A stretch of 64,000 bases of DNA from Phallusia mammillata (taxonomy: Eukaryota): the NCBI GenBank assembly GCA_965637545.1, contig OZ281501.1, forward strand, positions 496,001 to 560,000, read 5' to 3'. The position numbers were made by a program, and so were the translations under genes. The notes beneath the pieces were generated by a model. That model saw nothing but the letters and a program-made list of their open reading frames with translations, had not been told where the DNA came from and searched no databases. Shown piece by piece: positions 25,187-35,900 of the stretch. Position 1 is the stretch's first letter, and the number at the start of each line of letters is the position of its first letter.

Positions 25187-28100
25187 ATGGATAAAGTCAA
25201 CAAGTTGATGACAACCCTGGTAAAACGCACAGAGGAGGAGGGATATGAAATAGAGCAAGCTCCAACGCCTCAACCCACTGAGGATGAAGTCCTTATCAGA
25301 GTCACAAAAGTAAGATGCTGTCTTAATGCCAAAATGATGGTTATGTAGGAATTTCACTAATTTTAGACTAACCAGGTGTCCCATGCAATCTAGATTTAAT
25401 TTTGCAAACATTTCAAAAATGTAATGAAAAAGAGACTTTGAGTAGAGGAAGTTTAAAAGTTTGGCTTTACAAGTGTTTAGATATAGTTTTATTCTAACTG
25501 TTTTAATTTATTTGATTCAATCATCATACCAGAACTTGCAGAAAATACCTGCATGTATACACAAATAATTGAGATATATCTGTATAACTTTTTTGTTGCT
25601 AAAATAATCTTTTATTCAGGTTGCCATTTGTGGTTCAGATATTAATCTCTACAAGTGGAATGATGTCGCCAAAGTCATTGCAGCTTTACCTTTTACACCA
25701 GGTCAGTTGATAGCTTGACATGATAATCTCATTCACAAAAGCTTCAAATAGTTTGGCCAGAGCAGCCGAAATATTGCAATACTTGACCTGAAAAAAATTA
25801 CTGTAGTTAGTCATACATCAATATTACAACATAAAAGCACTGACTTGATTAAACATGCCATTATAGAGACAAACTAAAGTAAAATCCTAAAACCTGGGCA
25901 AAATTGGAATTGCATCCACTGCCTTTGTACAGTGAAAAAAATTAGACAACCCCTTTTTGTTATTAGGTCATGAGGCAACTGGAATAGTTGTTGCGAAAGG
26001 AAGCGAAGTTAAACGACTTGAAATTGGTGACAGAATTGCTGTGGAAAATCACTTTTACTGTGGTGACTGTTATCAGTGCAAGGTAAGCTACTGCATGTCA
26101 CTGCTTACTGCAAATACTTTTTACCTTTCCACTTTGTTACACAGATAAACAGAGGAGATATTTGCAGTAAAATGTCACAATATGGACACGGGAAAGGAAC
26201 AATTCATGGAGGGTGTTCACAATATTCAATTCTATCTGAAAAGTAATTTACACTTATATACAATTATTAATGCTTTTTAGTTTGTTTCATGAAATAATAT
26301 TGGACCAAGTGGCTGCCATGCATCAAATATTAATCGGACAACCTGAGATTGTTAATGCCAACTTAGCCATGTATGAAATTGTATGACCATCAAAGTGTAA
26401 ATATGCCTGTTAAGCAAACTTAACAATACAGGACTTAGTTATACCACAAAACAAGATAAACCAAAGCACAACCTTAAAAACACTTATTAGCGTCATCTCA
26501 AGCAAATTTATTATCTAGGTATTGTTACAAACTTGTGCACAACATATCAGATGTTGAAGCAGTTTTGTTGGAACCGATGGGAGTGGCTCACAACGCGATA
26601 GAGAGGCTTGAAGTTAAAGGGGAAAGAGTTCTTGTGATTGGATGTGGACCTGTAGGCTTGCTTGCTGTTGCATGTGCAAAAGCTTTAGGTGAGCTACTAT
26701 AATTGTTAGGTGCTATAAGAAGCAATCAACATGTTATGAAATTTTTGACAACATTGGTGTTACTGATCAGGTCTAGGTTATACTTAGTGGTATTTAAGAC
26801 TTCTGGAACTAATTTAAAGAGCTTGCAGCACCCAGTGGTCCAACATCAAATGTCTAAATGCTTTGGTCTGACCGTTTTGGTAAAACTGCCATTATCTCAT
26901 GTAAATCAATAGTTAAATATGAGGCCATGGAATTTTTTTGGTGGGAAACACTGACCAGATTAAGTTTACAATCATATCTTGTACTGGTGCATTACAACCT
27001 AACCTATCACGTTAATCGGCACTGGTAGCTTATATATTTCACAAACTTCTAGTCACACAAACAAATATCAGCAATTTAAAACAAGTCCATGGTTACCAGG
27101 TGCAACTGAGGTGATTGCAGCCGACATATTACCTGCAAGGTTGGAGCTTGCTAAGAAGATGGGAGCCAATATCGTGATCAACTCCCGGGATGGTGGAACT
27201 AATCATGTGAAAGAAGAAATCATGAGGATCACGGGAGGAGATGGGATTGGAAGAATTTGTGAAGCAAGCGGGGCAGCCATGATGTTAAATGGATGTTTTT
27301 CATACCTGAGAAAGGTCATTTTCAAAGTGAAAAATGAAATATGATAAGTTTGCACATGAAATACCAATTACAGCAAACCTGTTAAACCGGATTCAGTTAA
27401 TCTGGATCTTCACCTCATTCGGACAGAGATTAGGGACAAATGATTTGTAATGTGGTAAGGCTTTGACAGTTAATCAGGATATTTTTCTAATCTGGACAAT
27501 TTTTTGGGTCCAAACAGGTCCGGATTAACCAAGGTTTACCGTATTCTAAAACCCAAGTTTTGTACATGTAGCCAACTGGTTGGAAATATTTACAAAAATA
27601 CTTTAGGTCTCTAAGGATTTAAAAATTAAACTACCATAATAATATACCATAAACCTGTTTGAAAACTTTTGTCATATGATCACTTTATCTACAGGGAGGC
27701 CGTGTGACGATCCTGGGTCTTCCGAAACAACCTCTTCATGTGGAAAATGTACTTCAGGACATCGTATTTAAATCGCTCACCATTTGCACGGTGCATGGAA
27801 GAAGAATTTTCCACACTTGGGAGGAATGTGAGAGATTGATTGCTGAGAAAAAAGTGAGTTTGATTTTGCTGTGAATCTTTTGCCACCTATACCAGCTATT
27901 TCCTACATATGCAGAAAAATGTTTGTTCGTTCCAATAAAACCGTTTCATTTGTGACGTAAAAAGCAAAATGCTTTTTTATTCAAACGTTTCAGCACATGC
28001 TCAAGCCATCATCAGTGATATGAAGGCCATCTTTTACAATGAGTTTAAAACCCGGACGACATTATCTGGGTCAAAGCAAGAGATTAAATTGAAAGTATTT

Positions 28101-28708
28101 GTTTCGTAATGTTTTTGTAATTATATGACAATAATTCTGCAAAAAGAATACGAACAAACACTTTTAAGTTGAGTTAATGCTTAGTGAAAAATTTGTCCTT
28201 AAGAATCTAAAAATCGCCGCCACATTTGTTTACCGTAAATCCGCACAAACGCGCGTGCGGGACCCATTAGTTTTTGTTTACAAAAACAATCATATGTGTA
28301 GATCAAATGATGAGTATAGTAAATTGGTAGATAGCATATAGAACATATAAAATGGAAGTATATCAGAAAGCCACCCTTCTAGTTAACAGGTGTAACTGAT
28401 GTGGCCCCTCATATCGCTGATATGGCATGAGCATTTGCCGAAACGTTTGAATAATTAAGCATGTCGCTTTTTACGTCTATTTGAGATGTTATTTTCGTCA
28501 GTAAACTTATGAACAGATCCGTATATAGTTTATCATTTCATTTAATCTATGCAAACTTATACTAAGTTAGTAACTAACTTTGTAACTTTTTTAGGTTGAT
28601 GCAAAAGTAGTCGTTTCCCATGATTTACCGATGTCGAAATACAAAGATGCATTCCAGTCATTATTATCTGGACAAGCTTGCAAAATTGTGATGGACCCAC
28701 AAACATAA
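25187..28708 (+). CDS. tdh: L-threonine 3-dehydrogenase, Zn-dependent MDR family (bacterial Tdh-like), 358 aa, 8 exons
   Basis: Exons 25187-25309, 25620-25701, 25967-26082, 26145-26242, 26519-26688, 27100-27314, 27695-27853, 28595-28708 (1077 nt, in frame, all GT-AG). Motifs: AICGSD, PGHE, ENH, structural Zn [18 protein letters not shown]-binding GCGPVG with acidic AADI, and Tdh-type GRRIFHTW. Confidence 0.92.
27371..27541. mobile_element. Tc1/mariner-type MITE
   Basis: TA-flanked; TIRs cagcaaacc / ggtttaccg; internal CCGGATT repeats. Confidence 0.75.
27982..28017 (-). ncRNA. Hammerhead motif, subfamily B, intact core with GUU triplet
   Basis: Minus strand reads CA-CTGATGA-T-GGC ttgagcatgt GCT-GAAAC-GTT-TG-AATAAA. 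Confidence 0.68.
28415..28449 (+). ncRNA. Hammerhead motif, subfamily B, G8 deleted
   Basis: CTGAT-A-T-GGCA tgagcatt TGCC-GAAAC-GTT-TG. Inverted relative to the 27982 copy. Confidence 0.5.
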
Positions 28709-29912
28709 TCAGTTGGGGGGAAAAACTGTACAGGAATGCAGAGATGTAATTTTTTTACCTAATTTCTGAAAAACAAAATGTGTTATGATTGAACTATTGC
28801 CCCTTCCAATGTTATTTCTACATCAACGTTGACAACTAAATTGCTTTCTGCTGTCAGGGACTTTTATGTCTCCATACAATTGGGTTGGGCAATTTTTTAT
28901 CGTTCAGTATAATTCCTGTGTTAGTTTTTTCTCTTTACGTTGCAATATTCAAAATGGTGAGATAACCTCAATTTGTAATGTATTTGTGCAATGAGATTTG
29001 ACATGTTGTGTGAAAATTCATGAATTGTAATTGCTTTTGGTCGTAACGATTTAATTGTGTCGTTTTTCATTGGGAATATACGTGTAAAACTGTTTAAATG
29101 TATGGTTTGAAATCAAATTAAACGAATCCGATATTTGGTGTTGCCAGGACAAAAAAGAGGAAATTGTTCCTTGTATAAATTCGAATATAACACATTGTAC
29201 ACGTCATAGAGCAGCACAATGGGGTATAATTACTGATTGTGATCGTCAATGAGGTCACTTATTCCATTGTCAATCAACTTTGGTGACAATACATAAACTC
29301 TCAATAGATTTTTACGGATGAAATGTTATGAATGACTGGCATCGCGACACACAAGACAATAACGTCTGTATACAACCGTGTTTATTACGAACATCTGATA
29401 TCGGCTTGTAGTGCTCCGCCTAAACGGAACTAAGCTAATTTTATGTTGCAACAATGCTATGTTATAATTACATTTTTTAAATACTTTTGCAGTTTTTACT
29501 AAATTGTGAGTTAAGTGAGGTATATATTTGATAAATATCGTATAGGATGTTATTTTTGATTTAGATTTGGCGTTTAAATGCAGCGCACAGTTTAGCAAAG
29601 CTCATTAGGAGACCCATGTTACACAAAGGAAATCAACAAAAGCAGCATTTCTATAACAATGTTGAAAGCTTTTGATTTAATAAACAACATATTATCATAA
29701 ATAGAGATCAGACAAATGCGATTTTGTAACTACCAACCAAAACAGGCAAAAATAAACGTAGCAAAGTGGAAGTTATAATCCGGTTTCAATAGCAGCGTTG
29801 GGTTGTAATGGTGTTTGTGGTACATGCTAGGCCTCATTGTGGGGACAAAGCCTAATATTTACAGTAAACTAGCAGCAGATGTGTGTATTGGAAGGAGCAT
29901 AGGACAAACAGC

Positions 29913-32900
29913 ATGTTACCTGGAACGTTGTACCCTAAAAAAACACACGGCAGATCTCTTTTTGTCGGCGAATTTAAACAACATGTCACAGTGCCACCGT
30001 CGGAAAGCTCAAACGCTGCTACAAGGTGAGATGGTTTGTAGTGTAATATTTTAGTTATAATTTTATTATAGTGTAAAGTTTTACCAAATATCCATTCTTA
30101 GTGCATGAAACCTCGGTTAAGTCAGATTTGGTACAATTGATTTGTAATTTGGTTTGAACTAATTGACATCAGTTAAACCGGATCTTCGTCTAATCCGGAA
30201 AATTTGTCGGCCAATTGGGTCCGGATTTACCGAGGTTTCGTAATTTTGCTGGCAAGTCGCGATAAATTCGGGTAATTTTGTTGCTTTGTCGGTCAAATTT
30301 GCTTTGCCTAGTTGCTGTACCATCAAGAAATGGTTTCGCTTGGCGCAGTCGTTCTCATACTGACGCAAGATTTGCTTTTAAAACGTAACTATAGATATCT
30401 GAATAGGAATCGAATATGTTGATTAACTTTTCCAACGCTAAAAACTTTGGGTTAGCGTCCAGAATTTCGTCTTCAAACATTAATGCACACCCTTTCACAG
30501 CAAACCTGACGACCCTGGGAACGACTCGCCTGAAATAAACCGACCCCAGGGCGACTCGGTTAAGGTATCTCAGAAGACTCTCACTTACGGAGAGGAGAAG
30601 GGTGAGAGGAGCAGTAAGGAGGTAATCTGGAAGAAAACAGAGGCCGCATCAACCAGTGTGAAACCTAAGAAGGGAGCTGCAGCAAAAGCTTTCTTCAGTC
30701 CGGCAAACCCAGAACCACGTGACACAGATACTGAACAGGTTGGTGAACTTTTCAAAAATCAACGAAAACGGAAATAGTTTAGGCTACTGTCGTGGGTTCG
30801 AATCCCACCACATGCTATAGATTTTTTTACACAACAACGTAAATTAGGTCATCATAACTCGAGCTTTTTTACCCGCAAATTACCAACATTATCTCTCGAA
30901 AATTAATCTATAATGACTGCATCTAACACTCAATATAGTCAAAATATACAACAGTCATAGTACGCCAGGCCCATTGAAGACGTCATACCAAACCAAGCCG
31001 GTCTCCCAAGCATTCCCATATGGCAAGGCGTATAGGCTAGAAAATCCAGCCTGCGGTGGGATTCGAAGCCGCAACAGGAGTCTTCCTGGAACTCGCGCTT
31101 GATTTGGTATAACGCCTTCAATGGGCCACACAAGCTTATTAATATATGGTTGTAATCACTGGTCTGCATGGACGCTTCAGGACTGATCGCAGTTATGGAT
31201 TTATGTTCATCTTAACTCAATACAATAAGTGCATTTTATAGTTTATGATAACGAGGTAGGTATTGACCGCGATAAGTAGGTGCATAAACTTCCTGTTGTT
31301 CAGGACGAGGAAGGCGACGGAAAGAAACGAAAGAAACCGAACACTCCGCCGCAACAAACATCGCCGCGGAAGAATATTCCCCCGCGACAAATCCACTTCC
31401 CGCTCAAAACACGACTGGTGAGAAACGCCAAGTTTGTTTAGCATTCTTGTGGGTCGACTGGGTCACAAGGTCAAAAGTCATAGGTCGACATATGTATGGG
31501 TGAATGATTGTTAAAACGTGGCAGAGAAAACTTATAAAACTGTGTTGTGTCCAAACCAAGTCACTGCTAATACAGAACAAAACCCACCCTATAGTATTGC
31601 CACAATCCTTTAATCAAACCAATTATTCAACCCCTTAAATGTGTTGAGGGGGCCATGGTGAAAAGTGACGATGTTGATTCGATCTATAGATCGATAGGAT
31701 ATCTTAAAATGTTTTCTTCATCTCCCTGTTTCATACACTTTTAAAAAGTGAAGAAGCAATTTAGGCCACAAACATGTCATTGTGGGTGAAACAACTAAAG
31801 CTTGTGTTTCAGCTAACTTAACTTTTTAAAATGCTAGGAAGTTGTCGTTTCCGCCCATACAAGAGGGGAAATCCCAGCGCAGCTTGCATTAACAGCATCT
31901 AGATTTTTCACCCATTTTGGTGTATTTCAATACTTTTTAATTTCCAACTTTTGACTGTCAGGTTGCAAAAGGCAAGGAACACCAAACATCAAGTCCAAAA
32001 GTAATTCGGACAGCAGAAACCGAACACGTGGAAGAAGAAGAAGCAGCAGAAGAAGATAAATCTAAGCGGATTCCTGATCAAGCCGAACCTGCTGAAGAAC
32101 CCACGAAAACCATCAACACAGCGCAAAACAAACCGGAGCAAAACTGTGAAGAAATCGTAAAACCAAAAACTGAAGGTAGGTGAAATACAACTGCTGCAAA
32201 CCTCGGTTAATTTGGATCTTTTTGGATCAAAAAATGTCCGGATTAGGCGAAGATCCGGATTAACCGAATCCAGTTTACGGAGTTTTACTGTATTTATATT
32301 TCTGCCGGTTTTATTGCCTTAAAACTCTGCAAACCTCATCAATAAAAATTATTATACAGTGAACCTAGTTAAACCGGATTCGGTTCATCCGGATCTTCGC
32401 CTAATCCGGACAAACTTGAGGTACAAACGGGTCCGGAAGTTTACTGTGTGTTTTATTTCAAAGTTTTAAAATGAACCAATAACTTTAACCATATGTTACA
32501 TATATTTCTGGCGCATAGTTTCCAGCTCCAAAGCGAGCAAAGCGTCATCAGAAGGCCACGAGAGCGGTGAAAGCGATCACGAATCACAGGAGCAAGATTC
32601 AACGTCAACAGATGATAAGCACAAATCGATCGTGATCAAACCTCTGGATCTTGCTGGATACAGTAAGTATATAGTGACGAATACGTGGAGGGAATTAAAC
32701 ATGCAGTGAATGCCACATCCTCGACAACAGGGTTTAGGTCGCACGCGATGATCGAAAAATCCTCTTGGTGTGGCCATCAGTATAAGGTTGAGAACCGCTG
32801 GTCTAAACTAACCGTCATTGTAGATACAAGTAACACAAGATTTACATTATGATTCAAAAGTGTCACTTAGATACTGACTGTTTTAAGATACACATACAAT

Positions 32901-35900
32901 CCTGACCTTATTACCCACCAAGCACTTTGTGGTCCCATGCAATGTTTAAGTGTTACTTGGCGTGGAGGTCGAAGTGTGCAGCTCTCGAGAATTTGTATTA
33001 TTTCTGCAGAACTCGATTCCGAACAGGAGGAGACTTTGAGCGTTCTACAACCTGACGCGGTTGAAGACATCAAACGTGAACTCGCACAGAAAGGAATAAT
33101 CATCCTTCCGCCGAGTCAAGCGCTCCCAACTCTTCCTGAAGTTAACGAAACAACCGAAGACCAATCACAGAACGGTAAGATACGTGGTTGCGTGGTTTCC
33201 AACCTTTATGGACGAAATCCCTCACTCAACAATTCAAAGCATATTTTTATCCCTTCCCAATAGACTACATAGTCGTTTGAAATAGAGTGTTTTATCAACT
33301 TTACAGGTAATAGAGGCAAAGCACATAAAAATCGAACTAAATTTCTCCCCTAAAGTTTAAAAGTTCCTCCCCGATTGGAAACCGTTGGTTTATCAAAGTG
33401 TTTCTTGGGCAAAACAATTTTTAAATCACATTTCTACATCATTGCAAGCGCAAACAATGACGCCAAGCTGTAAATCATGGGTTTTAATGAAGTTTTTTTC
33501 TTGACAGGAAGCAACGACGGAGAAATTGAAGACGAAGAAGACAAAGAAAGTCTCGACGACGGAACCGGAGAGGTGAGATTTCAAAACTAGCTACAAATAC
33601 TTCGTAACTTAAAACGTTGCAACTCTGCCTAAGCACACTAAGTGGCGAACAGTGGCGAAATCGTGAAAAAAATCGCAACGTTAAAAAATAAGTGACAACC
33701 ATTAGGCCGGGAAATGGAAATGTCTTAGGGGGAAGACAACTGACAGCAGTGAGTTCAACTGTACCTTGTTGAAGTTTATGCCCGTTTTGCAGTGATTTGT
33801 TGCTTTATTGAGCGAATTGGAATTTATTTGTTTCCCAAATGTTAAGAATAAGTAATCCAGTATCAACCATTGGACTGGGAACTGGAAATATCCTAGTAAA
33901 AAAAATTAAGACAAGTTATTGCGGTTGAGTAAATGTTGAAAGTTGAAAGTTTATGTCCATGTTGTAATGCAACGTTGCTTTTTGAGCGAATTTGAATTGC
34001 TTTGTTTTTCCTGTCAGGGAGCATCCGATAAACTCGAAAGAAAGGAGGGATTCAAAACGAACAAATCGTTTGAAATCCGGAGATTACAAGCAAAAGCAGA
34101 ACGGGAACGTGAAAGTAGAAGAGCTCTGTTCGGTCGAAGGGTAAATTTCAACATTTCAAACTTTACCACCTGGTTCATCCTATTTCTTTAATGGTGGGTT
34201 TTTCAGTTTCCGAAACTCAGGATGAAAGCTGAAAGTCCGACGAAAGGTCACGAAGGAGAAACGAAGGGAGGGAGGTTGAAAAGTGCTCTCAAACCTCCAA
34301 CCCCACCCAGTGGTGACGAGGTATAATAAAAAGTTTGCAAATACAGTCAACCTCGGTTAATCCTGACCCGTTAATTGGACCAAAAATGTGCGATTAGGCA
34401 AAGATCCTGATTAACCGATGTCGGTTAGTTCAAGCCACATTACAAATTATTTGTACCTCGAGTTTTATCCAAATTTTGCAAAGATCGGGGTTAACCGAAT
34501 TCAGTTTAACCAACGTTTACTGTAAAAACAAAAATTAACTAACAAACAATTGGCTTTTTTTCTGTGGCAAAACACGTAAATATTCAGGACAAAACAAACA
34601 CGCTTTGTTATTACACCCACAGACTGGGCGCGGTATTTTAAAGTCTCCAAGTCCATTACCGGGAAAAATGAAGATTTCTGTTCGAATTCGTGACCCCGAG
34701 TTCGATTACCAGGAATATACGGATGTTGAGCTCGAATCAGATTCTATGGACAGGTGTGTATACCAAGACGAATCAGCCATTTCTACGAAGATTCGGTTTC
34801 GACCGAATAATTCGTTGCGATTATAGGCGCACAATATAGCAAAGAAAGGATCTCTAGATTTTATTTTACCTCCATTACAACACAATAGTCTCAAAGCAGT
34901 CCTTATCAACTTTACAATCGCAAAAATAAACAATGAAATCATATTTTTTGTGTTTAGTGTTCGGGCGAACAGTTTTCTTTCATTCTCGGATTTGGATGAG
35001 CGCACCGAGGTCTCATCGGATTCATCTACTTACAGCACAACCACGTTTAACAAATCCCCAAGTGAATGTAAGCATTGTAACAATAAAAAGTAAAAGTCTC
35101 CTTAAAAATATGTGTGTTGGTAATTTTTCTTGTTTTAAACAAACACAAAAACTTTTTTATGTGCAATTGTCAAACAATGGGGTTGTTAGCTTGATTCGAT
35201 GCAAGACATTAAAAGTCTAGCTACTTAAAAATTGCTGGGTAATTTTTCTCAATTTGATTCGGTTTAGGTGACAAAATGCATGGCTTTGGTTTAGGTCAGT
35301 AGTTCTCAAACTGTGCGTCGCGACGCCCTGGTGCGTCGTTAAAATTTTCCAAGGGCGTCGCAGAATATTTCCGTTTCGTAACTTTTTGTTGTTGTATCAA
35401 TAAACCCAACTTTAATGATAAGTTTCCTTATTACCTTTTATTTGCTGGTGTGTCGCAAGTCCACAAAATTTTTCCAGAGGCGTCGCAACACAAAAAAGTT
35501 TGAGAACCACTGGTTTAGGTGATAAATGCACGGTGATAAAATACATGGCTTAGTTATTTGGATAACGCTGTCACTAGAACGAACTATGACAAGGGGTCAA
35601 ATTAAAACCACCAAAATGTAAAACTTGAATCATCTGTATTGAGCGCACGTTGATTCGGGACGATTTCGGTAAAAGCACAGTTTTGTGAACATCAGCATGA
35701 TATGTTATGGTTCAGCCCAATTACGCCTCTGTATCATTTCAGTTCTTGTGTATGAACCTTTTAGAACTACACATTAAAACTACACGTATCCTTGCGCAGT
35801 ATCACAAAGTGACGACGACCGGTCGTTACAGGGCAGTGCTTTGCATCGCCTCTACGATGAGATTGACACACTCAGTCCTTCAAGACAGGCAGAATACACA

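Noticed and set aside
35786-35793. GTATCCTT as a U12 donor
   Set aside because: Lies 6 nt upstream of a U2-type acceptor; no exon ends there in frame.
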